Notes: generated from the sequence alone by a model not told the origin. A DNA stretch of 62,226 nt, filler included, from Chiloscyllium plagiosum (GCF_004010195.1; 4 parts of one record of this genome joined end to end with filler, not necessarily neighbours in it); one strand, 5' to 3'. Positions 25,823 through 38,372 are shown, counted from the first letter of the whole stretch. Numbers and translations are program-made.

Positions 25823-26789
25823 AGTAAGTTGCCCTATGCATAAGGCAACAGTTTGTGACTGGACACAGCTTACGGAGGGAAACCCTGGAGGGAGGGTGGG
25901 TGAGAGAAATAAAGAGAGCAGGGTGTGGAGGTGGGGTGCAGTGGTAAACAAGATATAACTGCAGACAGGGAGAACAGCTTGAGCTTTATCTTAGTTCCCC
26001 AAGTCATGGTTACACACACATTAATGGACAGAATTCTCCATGTTGGCACTATGTTCCACACCATGTGACTTCTCTCAGCCCCCTCTTCAGTTTTCCTTTT
26101 CCTTCACACTACGTCTCAGTGGTTTCACTGGGTTTCATGCTGCTTGCGTTTTATTGACAGCAGACATGTAAGAGGGAAGTGAATGTATGTCACCAAATTG
26201 TTAGGAAGGTAAATACTGAGAGTGACACAGAATGTGCAGAGAGATACAAGTAGGTTGAGGGCAGGTGAGAGGGAGAAAGAGTGGGTGGGAGAAAGAGAGA
26301 AGGAGAAGGCAGGAGAGAAAGAGGGTGGGGGAAGAAAGGGCAGGAGAGAGAGAGGGGGTGGGGGGATGGGAAGGTGAGGAGAGAGGCAGATAGAGGAAAG
26401 AGTTGGGTCATTTTGTGACAGCGTCTCTTATAAATGAATGAAAAAACCTGGAAAATCAAAAAAAAAAGCCATTGAGACAAAAGTAATTATTTTGAGCCCT
26501 GAACAAAATCCTGAAGGATGTCAGGTGGGTGCAGGTGGGGAATAGGAGCGCTGAAACTGCAGGGTCCACCAATACTCTCACAGAACCCAATGGTGAAAGC
26601 AAAGGCACAATCCTGATGCCAGGGAGGGAACGTTGTGGTAACCCCCTCATGGATTTGGCGAGATCTCTAATAGGATGGACCAGAACAGGAGGAAAACTCC
26701 CTGCTGCGTTTCACTGGGAATTTCACTTGCTTAACTTGACCAAAAATGGCCCATTTTCCATTGACTTCCAAGGATAGGAAAGTCAGACA

Positions 26790-26914
26790 CGGTGAAAACC
26801 ACGTTGACAATCCATCTGTACTTTTAGCTGGAGGAGCAGTTAAACCCAAGAACAAAACATTTCTCATCCTCTGAGATATGTGCAGGATGAGTTATATTCT
26901 TGCCAATACATTGA
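26790..26914 (-). pseudogene. Exon remnant (SMYWQEY.../SEDEKC.../VQM, frameshifted)
   Basis: Acceptor ccctgatgtttcag|. Pieces resemble recalled KIAA0825 SHHWDDY..YEGERC..IQM. 3' end approximate. Confidence 0.4.
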
Positions 26915-27583
26915 CTGAAACATCAGGGAAGAAAGCTACTTAATATTGTTGTAATTAAACTTTGTTTAATTGCTTGAAAAAAAATCACATCTGACTGTTT
27001 CTATTTGTTTTGCACCACATTAATTTAGGAACTTATATGAAGCTCGCCCATTTGAATGTCGAGTAAATAGGCTTCCTCCTGTCAACGTACAACTGATAAT
27101 GACTTTACATAGCAATAAGTGCTAATTAACTTACACTGGAGAAATGACGATTAAAAAAACAAGGGAGTCAATGAGGACTGTGTCTGCCTGAATAGCTTCA
27201 CACACACAAACTGGGTCTCACTTACAAAAACATGGAGAGAAGGGATAAAGGACATTGCTGAAATACTGTAAACTTCTCTGTAAGAACCAACAGATCTCCT
27301 AACTAACAGCTGAGAAATTTTTAACTAATTTGACTGTAGCAATGCTTTTGATTTACTTCTTCAAGGTCTTCCAGCAGTCTTAAGGAATCCAAGCCTCTCC
27401 AGCTACATCAATTCTATACCATCCCAGCTCCATTTTCCTGGGTTGAATCATTTCTGAGACTTGTAATGGGTTTCCAGGAACTGGAGGATACCAGCCAATG
27501 CAGAAAAAAAAGCTCGAAAAGTGCTAATTTTAAAAGGGGCAGAATGGACGAACAAAATGACAAGAGGCACTGAAGACAAATAC

Positions 27584-27720
27584 CACGGCAATACTACTCC
27601 CCACAGCAACATTGGCAGAGAAGCAGCTTCACTCATCAGAACACCAACAACAACTCTCGGGCACCATAAAAAATCTGAACACTGAGGATGTTGTGCAATT
27701 CATGTGTAGGCACAGCCAAA
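27584..27720 (-). pseudogene. Exon remnant (LAVPTHELHNILSVQIF / FLWCPRVVVGVLMSEAAS, frameshifted)
   Basis: Acceptor ctaatccatttcag| with branch-point-like ctaat. All three frames contain a stop. Confidence 0.55.
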
Positions 27721-27805
27721 CTGAAATGGATTAGAACAAAGAGTTCATGATTCATGTCTGATCATTGTTTATGGACTATATTGCAAATGGTAGTCTGCAA
27801 TTTAC

Positions 27806-28057
27806 TTATGCAAACCAATATAGTTTAATAATTAATTTTGCAAAGGTGTGGCTTGTATCCCACATGCTCTCAATTGTTACAAAACGTAAATGAAGATTTC
27901 AGAGCAGCAGCATTCCTGTGGAACAGAGATGAGCATCAATTTTATGCCTCTACAGTTCTAACACTCCATCTCCATTAGCAACCGATAGCAAGTCTCATTA
28001 AACTGCTGGAGCAAGGAGTCAGCACAGTGGATGGAGGTATCTACTTGCAGTAAGAAT
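27806..28057 (-). pseudogene. Exon remnant (FLLQVDTSIHCADSLLQQFNETCYRLL...SVPQ / L*NLHLRFVT)
   Basis: Acceptor cttttactaacag|, donor AA|gtaaat giving an 85-nt intron. Contains TAG, TGA and a frameshift. Confidence 0.6.
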
Positions 28058-28083
28058 CTGTTAGTAAAAGCAATCTTGCCAAT

Positions 28084-29165
28084 TGTCATGAGCCCAGCTG
28101 ATGGTATGATTGGACAAAAGCAAACCCCAGAATGACAGATGTTTTGATAATTTAGCAATGGCAGTCTTTCCCGGAAACAAACTTCCAAGACTGCAAATTT
28201 GGTTTTAACAACAAAACAGAAGTTTATTACACAAAATAAACAAAGCTAACTACATATAACAACGGTTTAAAATATTTCAAACAAACTCCCAGCTACCCCG
28301 GTAACACCACCACTTTACAGTTAATCAAAATCAAAAATAAATGTTCCCTCCTTATCAATCTCTGAGTTACTTGCTTCTTTCCAGTTTTGGTCCTGTTGGT
28401 GGTAAAAGCTTTTTCATTGATGCACCAACTGAGATCATTACGCTAAGGTGACTTATTACTTTAACTGCTCTGAACAAACTCCTTTTTCCCAGAGAAACTA
28501 TTTTCAGATCTGAATTCAGTCAGGTCTCCTTTCCAGTCTCTGGGTTTGTCTAAGATTGAAAATTAAACCTAAATTAAACCTCAATTACACTCAATCCAAC
28601 AGGCAAAGCTGATGTGTCCTAATGGTGCATCTCTCATGTCACAGAATCCCACAATGTAAACAAACTCCCATTAATTCTGCAGGAGGCCTTCAGTCATCTG
28701 CTCTCTGACACCTACTGCTTTCAAATCATTGTTCTACAAAAGACTGACCTTTTTAGATTACATTACAGTGTGGAAATAGGCCCTTCGGCCCAACAAGTCC
28801 ACACCGACCCGCCGAAGCGCAACCAACCCAGACTCATTCCCCTACATTTACCCCTTTACCTAACACTACGGGCAATTTAGCATGGCCAATTCACCTAACC
28901 TGCACATCTTTGGATTGTGGGAGGAAACCGGAGCAAACCCACGCAGACACAGGGAGAATGTGCAAACTCCACACAGTCAGTCGCCTGAGGCAGGAATTGA
29001 ACCCGGGTCTCTGACGCTGCAAGGCAGCAGTGCTAACCACTGTGCCACCTGCTTAATTATGAAACTCCTTCACACAAAAAAAATCCAGGTGCCTCTAGTT
29101 TTAAACTCAAAATTGTAAAAAATGATATTAACATATATAAACCTTTCATTTTCCATCATCTCACA
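28084..29165 (-). mobile_element. Probable solo LTR (contains an HE1 SINE at 28755-29049)
   Basis: TG...CA ends. Termini resemble the reverse complement of 40626-41500. Possible 4-bp TSD caat. Confidence 0.45.
28755..29049 (-). mobile_element. HE1-type V-SINE
   Basis: Matches 25376-25690. Confidence 0.92.
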
Positions 29166-29197
29166 ATGCACAGTTACATTAATAACAGAAATGTTAT

Positions 29198-29750
29198 AGA
29201 GTCATGAAGTCACACAGCTGTACAGGACAGAAACAGACCCTTCGGTCCAACTGGTCCATGCTGACCAGATATCCTAACCTAATCCAATCCCTTTTGCCAG
29301 CACTTCAGTCATATCCCTCTTAAACCCTTCCTATTCATATACCCATCCAGATGCCTTTTAAATGCTGTAATTGTACCAACATCCACCACTTCCTCTTGCA
29401 GCTCATTACACACACACACACACACCACCCTCTGAGTGAAAAACTTGGGTCCCTTTTCAATTCTTCCCCTCTCACTTTAAACCTTTGCCCCTTAGTATTG
29501 GGCTCCCCTACCCTGGAAAAAAGACCTATTCACCCTATCCATGTTCCTCATGATTTAAAAACCTCTATAAGGTCATCCCTCAGCCTCTGATGCTCCAGCG
29601 AAAACAGCCCCAGCCAATTCAGCCTCTCCCTACAGCTCAAACCCTCCAACTCTGGCAACATCCTTGTAAATCGTTTCTGCACCTATTAAGTTTAACAATA
29701 TCTTTCCTATAGCAGGGAGACCAGAATTGAACACAGTATTCCAAAGTGGA
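29198..29750 (-). mobile_element. CR1 LINE 3' fragment
   Basis: Reverse match to 290-828. Confidence 0.85.
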
Positions 29751-29914
29751 TATTGGTCAGTACTTCCTAATATTAAAAATAAATCTTGCACACAATAAAA
29801 GGAAGAACTAAAAACCTCCAAAACAACACCCTTCTTCTACAAATTTACTTCAAATGTTCAGGAATTTCTGCCTCTGTTTGCAAGATTAATCATCTGGAAA
29901 TGGCAAAGAGTGAA

Positions 29915-30270
29915 ATGATTGGTAAGGTGGACATTGAACAGATGTTCCCACTTGTGGGAAAGTGTAGAATAAGAGGGCATAGATATACAGTGAGAGGAGG
30001 TAGGTTCAAAACAGAGATGAGGAGAAGCTACTTTTCTCAGAGGGTTGTGAATTTGTGGAGCTTGCTGCCCCAGAGTGCAGTGGGGACAGAATCAATCAAC
30101 ACATTCAAGAAAGAAATAGATATGTTTCTGATGAGACACAAGGTAAAGGACCATGGGGAGCAGGCAGGAGAGTGGCGTTGAGACCAGGATAAGATCAGCC
30201 ATGATCATGTTAAATACAGTGTGGGCTCAGAGGGCTGAACTGCCCACTCCCCACTCTGAATTCCTGTGGG
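29915..30270 (+). mobile_element. CR1 LINE 3' fragment
   Basis: QMFPLVG..RGHRY..FKTEMRRSYFSQRVVNLW. Confidence 0.85.
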
Positions 30271-30416
30271 ATAGATTTGGGTTCAATGTTGCACAAATGC
30301 AGCGTGAGGGGCCGTTAGGGTGGTCATAGAGAATAAGAAGTGAAAGAGTTCAGAACTTTTACTGTCTATCGCTAAGCAGTAGATGACAAATATGTAAGAG
30401 TAATATATATAATATA

Positions 30417-30585
30417 CAGAGGAACCTCGATTATCCGAAGGACATGGGCGGGGAGTATTTCATTCGGTTAATCAAATACCGGGTAACTGAACGCCGGATA
30501 ACTTTAGGTGAGCATCAGGACCTTGCAATCTTGCCAATAATCCAAAATTCAGATAATCAAATGCCAGATAATCAATGTTCCTCTG
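30417..30585. mobile_element. Tc1/mariner-pogo-type MITE
   Basis: TIRs cagaggaacctcgattatccg / cagataatcaatgttcctctg flanked by TA on both sides. Confidence 0.8.
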
Positions 30586-30890
30586 TACATACAATATAGT
30601 CTTTATTAACCTCCAAAAACAGAGGACGACAGGGATTGGCTCAATTAGGCCTCTATACACGAGAGTTTTCAAAGAATGAAAGGGGATCTGATTGAGACAT
30701 ATAAATTTCCAACACGCTGGACAGGCTGGATGCAGGGAGGATGTTTTCAGTGGCTGGGGAGTCTAGGACGAGGGGAGACTGTTGTAAAGTAGAGGTTGGA
30801 GAATTCAGGATTGGGATGAGGAAAAAGGTCTTCACTCAGAAGGTAATAAACTTGTGGAATTGCCTACCACAGAAGGCTGTGGAGGCCAAG

Positions 30891-31216
30891 GGGATGTGAT
30901 GGCCTAGCGGTGTTATGACTGAACTGTTAATCCTGGGAGCCGGGTTCAAATCCCACCATGGCAGATGGTGGAACTTGAATTCAATGAATATCTGAGATTA
31001 AGAATCTAATGATGACAATGACTTGATTGTCAGGAAAAACCCATCTGGTTTGGAAATGCCCTTCAGTGAAAGAAACTGCTAACCTTACCTAGCCTAGCCT
31101 ACATGTGACTCCAGACCCACAGTGATGTGCTTGACTCTTAACTGCCCTGTGGGTAATTAGGGATGGGCAATAAATGCTGGCCGAGATAGTGACACCTACA
31201 TCCCATGCATGAATAT
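30891..31216 (+). mobile_element. SacSINE/DeuSINE-like tRNA SINE inserted in a CR1 fragment (30665-31390)
   Basis: A box tggcctagcgg, B box gggttcaaatccc. The CR1 sequence resumes after it. Confidence 0.75.
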
Positions 31217-31399
31217 AAAACTATATATATTCATGAAGCGGTTTGATACATTTTAGATTTTAAAGGTAGCAAAGAGTATAAACTGGGAGCACAGCACTGA
31301 AGTGGGGGATGGTCAGCCACGATCATACTGAATGGTAGCGCGTATTCGAAGGGTGAATGGTGTACTGTTCCTCGTTTCTGTGTTTTTCAATCCAAATAC

Positions 31400-31457
31400 A
31401 AGAAGTACTGCTGTGGCTCGTGCTGAAAGACACATTCTGAGATGTGACCAGAATAAC
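31400..31457 (-). pseudogene. Possible small exon (YSGHISECVFQHEPQQYF)
   Basis: Acceptor tcttttgctgcag|, weak donor. Position fits the collinear model. Confidence 0.3.
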
Positions 31458-31733
31458 CTGCAGCAAAAGATTTATAGCAAATTTTAGTTCATAAGTTGCT
31501 GTTAATAATTGCAGATAGTTTTTTTTAATTTTGCAATTACTATTACCTTGAATATTCATTTTCAATCTGCCCATAGATCACATCATTAATCGAAATATTT
31601 CTTAGCTGATTTACAACACCTATACTAGTTCTCCTTCATATAGGTCAAGAAAGCTTTTTCTTCTGGGACAGTTTATCATTTGTATGATCAGCAAGTCGCA
31701 TTCATCTATCCATTCAACTAAAGCAAGGGTTTT

Positions 31734-32453
31734 CACTGGCTAAACTGTTCCTTTAAACATTAAAAAGGCAGTCATGTCGATCAACAAATAAAATCTACAG
31801 ATTCAAAAGAATTTGAGTGAAGAGCAAAGGATCATGATCATAACTATAAAGTCCTTAACAAATATGTATGTCGGAGGCTGAGGGGTGCCCTTATAGAGGT
31901 TTATAAAATTATGAGGGGCATGGATAGGGTAAATAGGCAAAGTCTTTTGCCCAGAGTGGGTTAGTCCAGAACCAGAGGGCATAGGTTTAGGGTGAGAGGG
32001 GAAAGATGTAGAAGAGACCTAAGGGGCAACTTTTTTCACACAGAGGGTGGTGCATGTGTGGAATGAGCTGCCAGAGGATGTGGTGGAGCACTGGCTAAAC
32101 TGTTCCTTTAAACATTAAAAAGGCAGTCATGTCGATCAACAAATAAAATCTACGGATTCAAAAGAATTGAGAACCTAATTTGAGTGAAGAGCAAAGGATC
32201 ATGATCATAACTATAAAGTCCTTAACGAATATGTATGTCGGAGGCTGAGGGGTGCCCTTATAGAGGTTTACAAAATTATGAGGGGCATGGATAGGGTAAA
32301 TAGGCAAAGTCTTTTTCCTGGGGTCGGGGAGCCAGGACTAGAGGGCATAGGTTTAGGGTGAGAGGGGAAAGATGTAGAAGAGACCTGAGGGACAACTTTT
32401 TCACGCAGAGGGTGGTACGTGTATGGAATGAGCTGCCAGAGGATGTGGTGGAG
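31734..32453 (+). repeat. Tandem duplication (~355/365 bp) of unique flank plus the 5' part of a CR1 insertion
   Basis: cactggctaaactg... starts at both 31734 and 32089. Confidence 0.92.
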
Positions 32454-32626
32454 GCTGGTACAATTGCAACATTTAAGAGGCATTTGGATGGGTATATGAA
32501 TAGGAAGGGTTTGGAGGGATATGGGCCGGGCGCTGGCAAGTGGGACTAGATTGGGTTGGGATATCTGGTCAGCATGGACCGGCTGGACTGAAGGGTGTGT
32601 TTCCGTGTTGTACATCTCTATGACTC
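32240..32626 (+). mobile_element. 5'-truncated young CR1 with 10-bp TSD tatgtatgtc
   Basis: TSD at 32230-32239 and 32627-32636. Confidence 0.9.
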
Positions 32627-32829
32627 TATGTATGTCACATCTCAGCTAGCAAAGAGAGGCGAGAACAGAATAAGTGCAAATGTTTGGAAGTGAGCCAGGA
32701 GTTAGGTTGTAAATCAAAGATTCTAACATCAGGGTTGCTACAGGGATAGCTAACAGAGGAACAGAAAATAGGGTTGAGAAGATGCTTCTTGAGTCATGTT
32801 GGAGCTGCACTCACTCCAGACATGGAAAT

Positions 32830-33032
32830 AAAAACTGAAAGAACTACAGATGCTGTAAATCAGAAACAAAACAGAAGTTGCTGGAAAAGCTCAGCAGCAT
32901 CGCTGGAGAGAAATCAAAGTTAACATTTCGGTTAGAGTTCTGAGGAAAGGTCACTAGACCCGAAGCATTCACTCTGATTTCTCTCCACAGATTCTGCCAG
33001 ACCTGCTGAGCTTTTCCGGCAATTTCTGTTTG
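32830..33032. mobile_element. Inverted Penelope-type terminal element, third family (related at 15068-15198, 20800-20885, 40060-40160, 46670-46760, 60615-60720)
   Basis: aacagaagttgctggaaaagctcagcag ... ctgctgagcttttccggcaatttctgtt inverted arms, decayed core at 32940-32969. Confidence 0.7.
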
Positions 33033-33329
33033 TACTCCTGACTTGTGCCTTGTAGATGATGGACAGGCATTGGGGAGTCAGGAGGTGAGTCATTTGCTAG
33101 TTTACGGAGGTGAATGCAGTGCTCAAAAGTTGAGCTGGGCAAATCTGTAGACCATTGCTTGCAGTCTTACTGCTGGAATCCACCCACGCTCATGTACTGA
33201 TCACACAGCAATAATTTAACTAAACGTTCTGAACAGGCAACCATATGGAAGATCATAAAGAAACCCTGGCCTCAGTGTAATTTATCAGATTCCTTAATAA
33301 GAGAGGACCTTGCAGGCTTCACATGATTC

Positions 33330-33553
33330 AGGCCCTGATCGATGGGTAGGTCCTGATCGATGGGTAGGCCCTAATCGATGGGTAGGCCCTGAATGATGGG
33401 TAGGTCCTGATCGATGGGTAGGCCCTGATCGATGGGTAGGCCCTGATCGATGGGTAGTTCCTGATCGATGGGTAGGCCCTGATTGATGGGTAGGTCCTGA
33501 TCGATGGGTAGGCCCTGATCGATGGGTAGGCTCTGATCGATGGGTAGGTCCTG
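33330..33553. repeat. 18-bp minisatellite (aggccctgatcgatgggt) x ~12.4
   Basis: Directly visible. Produces the (SGPTHR)n ORF on the minus strand. Confidence 0.95.
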
Positions 33554-34670
33554 TTTTCAAAGGAGATTCACAATTACTCCCACAAAGCATGTTAGCCTTG
33601 CAGCAGGTTCGATGGGTCAAATGGCCTGCTCCCATTTTCCACATTTTCCTGCAAATGGCCATCAGCAGTCTATCATGGATAAAAAGAGTAGGGGAAAATT
33701 TAAATAAGACTGTAAGGTATAGGAGCAGAATTAGGCCATTGAGTCTGCTTCCCCATTCGATCATGGCTGATACGTTCATCAGGTGGACGAAGGAGCAGCG
33801 CTCCAAAAGCTAGTGCTTCCAATTAAACCTGTTGGACTATAACCTGGTGTTGTGTGATTTTTAACTACATTTCTCAACCCCATTCTTGGTGTGGTGTGAT
33901 TTTTAACTATGTTTCTCAACTCCATTCTCCTGTCTTCTCCCCATAACCCTTAATCCCCTTACCAAACAAGAACCTATCTATCTCTGTCTTAAACACACTT
34001 CATGACTTGACCTCCACAGCTCCTCTGCGACAATGAGCTCCACAGATTCCCTACCCCCGGCTGAAGAAATCCCTCCTCATCTCCATTCTAAAGGGTCGTC
34101 CCTTCACAATGAGGCTGTGCCCTCGGGTCCCAGTTGCTCCTACTAATCCAGAACCTGCTCCATGCCCACTGATGGAATGTTTTACCTTTTCACCTTCACT
34201 GAAGGACAAGGCAGATTTCCTAAACACTGTTTGTTTTATCTTCAACGGCAAAACTAAACCTACACCAACATCTCAAAGATGAGATCAGGTGGGGTTCATT
34301 AACAAAACATTCAAAATGCTGGGGAGATACTGTACGTTGCTAATTCACTCAGACAGAGATACAAAGCAGGGAAAAGAAACAGAAGGCAGGTACAAATGAT
34401 GATTTTGAAAGAAAATTAAGAATGTTTGTGCATTTTATACCCAAGTGATTATTCATGACATATGTAGATACAGGCAGTGACATCACAAGGCTGTGGTAAA
34501 CATTGCAGCCAATGAACAGGGTCAAGATGTGGAATGGTCTACTCCTGTTCTTATGTCCCTAATAGTCCTTGTGCACAGGAAATTAGTCCAGTTTCGCAGA
34601 CAAAATCTGAAATTTTGTTTCTGAGTAAGATTGGGATGACAACTAGGCCTTCCGAGCTGCGGAGGCCTAC

Positions 34671-34873
34671 AGTTGTTGTTCTCATGGTATCAACATAACG
34701 ACTGAAGTCATGGGTCAAAACCGGCTTAAGCAACTCAACAAGTGATAGGTGCCAATCTCATGCCAGGGTAGTTTCTGCTAAGACTGTTCAGAGAAACCGG
34801 GTTATTTTCACTGGCCTCACCAAACTGCCCATTGGGCGGTGTCTGCCTAACTAAGGCTCTATGTCTCAGTGAC
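34671..34873 (-). pseudogene. Exon remnant (...ETTLA*DWHLSLVELLKPVLTHDFSRYVDTM)
   Basis: Acceptor ttttctaacag|. In-frame TGA at 34758-34760. 3' boundary approximate. Confidence 0.55.
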
Positions 34874-35112
34874 CTGTTAGAAAACCATTACCATCCTGAT
34901 AATGAACCCAGTACATAGGGACACAAGAACCAGGAGCAGGAGGAGGCCGTCTGGCCCCTCGAGCCTGCTCCACCATTCAATAAGATCATGGCTGATCTTT
35001 TCAGGGACTCAGCTCCACTTACCCACATTTGTGAGTAATTTGTAATTCCACTGCACCATAGTCTTTATGGCAGTTGATCAGGTCACCTCACAATAGTGGA
35101 GCAGTTAAAGTC

Positions 35113-35240
35113 CTGAAGAAGGGCTTATGCCCGAAACGTCGATTCTCCTGTTCCTTGGATGCTGCCTGACCTGCTGCGCTTTTCCAGCAACACATTTCCA
35201 GCTCTGATCTCCAGCATCTGCAGACCTCACTTTCTCCTCC
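35113..35240 (+). mobile_element. ~128-bp Penelope-derived element starting with a hammerhead-like core, 15-bp TSD
   Basis: gagcagttaaagtcc at 35099-35113 and 35241-35255. Core CTGAAGA-AGGGC-TTAT-GCCC-GAAACGTC at 35113-35140. Confidence 0.88.
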
Positions 35241-35703
35241 GAGCAGTTAAAGTCCCCAGGCGTTAAAAGGGGGTGTTAATCGTCTCATTGTTATGCAGTT
35301 CCAAGGAGATGGTGAGGACTGCAGATGCTGTAGTCAAAGTCGATGAAGCACTGGAAAAGCACAGCAGGTCAGGCAGCATCCAAGGAGCAGGAGAGTCAAT
35401 GTTTCAGGCAGGACCCTTCATCAGTCCCAAACAAGAGATACAATGCATTGGAAATGCTAACTCGGTTTTGCTGCTGAGCTTGTACTGCATTTTCTGTTTA
35501 TACTTCAGATCCACAGAATTTCCCTCTTATTTGAGTGTTAATGAATTAGCTGGCTTTGATTTGCAGGATGCCCCTGAGAGGTTCTGCTCATTCCAGCTCA
35601 ACAGCAGCCAGTTTAAGAGTACGGCGATGTTTTTGAAAAAAAAAATGTAAACATAAGAATCATGAAGATGATGCAGTTCTACAGAAAAAAAGTTAATTTT
35701 TTT

Positions 35704-35997
35704 TAGATTCCTTACAGTGTGGAACCAGGCCCTCCGGCCCAACAAGTCCACACCAACTCTCCAAAGAGTAACCCACCCAGACTCATTTCCCTCTCACTAA
35801 TGCCCCTAACACTATGGGCAATTTAGCATGACCAAATGCTGACCTGCACATCTTTTGGACTGTGGGAGGAAACTGGAGCAAACCCACACAGACACAGGGA
35901 GAATGTGCAAACTCCACACAGACATTTGCCCAAGGCTGAGAATTGAACCTGGGTCCCTGGCACTGTGAGGCAGCAGTGCTAACCACCGAGCCACCAT
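35704..35997 (-). mobile_element. HE1-type V-SINE
   Basis: Matches other HE1 copies. Confidence 0.9.
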
Positions 35998-36099
35998 GTC
36001 ACATTATCTTTGCTTGTCATAAAATTGTTACAGGGCAAAAGGTCATTGGGCCTAGCACAACCACACTGGACATTGGAGTATTTTAAATCTCGGGGTTTT

Positions 36100-37865
36100 T
36101 TAACTCATTTATGGGATGTAAGCAATGTTGTCTGGGGCAGCCCATCCCTAGTTGCCCCTTGAGAAGGTGGGGGTGAGCTGCCTTCTTGAACAGCTGCAGT
36201 CCATGTGCTGTGGGTTGACCCACAATGCCCTTAGGGAGGGAATTCCAGGATTTTGACCCAGCGACAGTGAAGGAACGGTAATATATTTCCAAGTCAGGAT
36301 GGAGAATGGCTTAAAGTGGAACTTGCAGATAATATTCCCATGTATCTACTGCCCTTATCCTTCTAGATGGATGTGGTTGTGGGTTTGGAAGGTGCTGTCT
36401 GAGGATCTTTGGTGAACTTTTGCAGCATGTCTTGTCGATAGTTCATACTGCTGCCACTGAGTGTCAGTGATGCAGGGAGTGGATGTTTGTGGATGTGGTG
36501 CCAATCCTGGATGGTGTCAAGCTTCTTGAGTATTGTTGGGGCTGCACCCACCCAGGGCAAGTAGAGAGTATTCCATCACACTCCTGACTTGTGCCTTTTA
36601 GATGGTGGTCAGGCTTTGGAGAGTCAGGAGGTGAGTTACTTACCGCAGTATTCCTAGCTTCTGACCTGCTCTTGTAGTCACTGTGTTTACATGATGAGGA
36701 GAAAGTAGCGGAGGAAACGGTGGGGTGTTGTTACAGGGCACCTTCCACCCCGACCTCAAATTTACCTGGACCGTCTCAGACTCCTCCCTCCCCCTCCTAG
36801 ACCTCTCCATTTCTACCTCAGGCGACCGACTCAACACGGACATTTACTATAAACCGACCGACTCCCACAGCTACCTAGATTACACCTCCTCCCACCCTGC
36901 CCCCTGTAAAAACGCCATCCCATATTCCCAATTCCTTCGCCTCCACCGCATCTGCTCCCAGGAGAACCAATTCCAATACCGTACAACCCAGATGGCCTCC
37001 TTCTTCAAAGACCACAATTTCCCCTCAGACATGGTTGACGATGCCCTCCACCGCATCTCCCCCACTTCCCGCTCCTCCGCCCTTGAGCTCCGCCCCTCCA
37101 ATCGCCAGCAGGACAGAACCCCACTGGTCCTCACCTACCACTCCACCAACCTCCAGATACATCGTATCATCCATCGTCATTTCCGCCACCTCCAAACAGA
37201 CCCCACCACCAAATTCACCTGCACCTCCACACACATCATTTATTGCATCCGCTGCACCCGATGTGGCCTCCTCTATATTGGGGAGACAGGCCGCCTACTT
37301 GCGGAATGTTTCAGAGAACACCTCTGGGACACCCACACCAACCAACCCACCCAACATGGACAGCTTCAGTATCTGAGGAGTCGTGAAGGGTGCTGAACAT
37401 TGTGCAATCATCAGCAAATATCCCTACTTCTGACCTTATGATGGAGGGCAGGTCATTGATAAAGCAGCTGAAGGTGGTCGGGCCTAAACACTATGCTGAG
37501 GAACTCCTGCAGAGATGTCCTCGAGCTGAGATGACTGACCACCAGTAACCATGACCATCTTCCTAAGTAGCAGGTATGACTCTAACCACCAGAGAGTTTG
37601 CCCCCTGATACCCACTGATTTCAGTTTTGCCTGGGCTTCTTGATGCCACATTCAGTCATATGCAGCCTTGATGTCAAGGGCTGTCCCTCTCCCCTCCCCT
37701 CTGGAATTCAGCTCTTTTGTCCATGTTTGACCCAAGGCTGTAATGAGGCCAGGAGCTGAGTGGCCCTGGTGGAACCCAAACTGGGCGTCACTGAGCAGGT
37801 GATTGCTGAGCAGGTGCTGCTGGATAGCTCTGTTGATGACGCCTCATTACTGATGATTGACAGTA
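36100..37865 (-). mobile_element. CR1/L2-clade LINE fragment interrupted by a Penelope fragment
   Basis: RSFTVAGSKSWNSLP, WVGAAPTILKKLDTIQD, RAGQKLGILR motifs. Related + copy at 47420-47880. Confidence 0.75.
36737..37355 (+). mobile_element. Penelope-like fragment (RT C-terminus plus GIY-YIG, internally deleted)
   Basis: LKFTW...DIYYKPTDSHSYL...NAIPYSQFLRL and FTCTSTHIIYCIRCTRCGLLYIGETGR. Confidence 0.92.
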
Positions 37866-38372
37866 GACTTCTTTGATACACATATTTGAAATAGAAAGCA
37901 TTTTTAAATACTTAAATACATGAAAGGTGACAATTATAATGATGCACCATATTCATCGTGTACATATTTTCAGAACATGGCTGTTTCTTAAATTTGAAAA
38001 GGATCTTTTACATCTTCAAAAATTGCTCGGTGGAATCCTGAACCAAAGTTTAATTTCACCATCTAAAAACACAATGCAACCAGGGCTTCTTTCAAATTAA
38101 TTAAAGTTATTAATGAATATCATCTGCTGCATTCTGCTCCCAAGATTTATGCAAAGCAGTTATCTGTAATATTGGAAGATTAGAATGAATATCATGAAAT
38201 GTTCAATAAAATAAGCATCCAGAATAGCAAATAAAAGAGGGTGCGTACTTGAAAAGCAATTATAAAATAATTTGGAAAAAAGATGCACAACATTGTTGGT
38301 GCCATCATGAAGTCAAAGGGTGCAACTATAAACACACTGCCAAGTAATTTCCAGCTCAAAATGAAGGCTTAC

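Noticed and set aside
25362..25958. 198-aa ORF with a K/R/E-rich tract
   Set aside because: Antisense HE1 SINE plus a GA microsatellite.
33294..33806. 170-aa ORF with SGPTHR hexapeptide repeats
   Set aside because: Composed of a CR1 tail plus an 18-bp minisatellite, with no splice or expression support.
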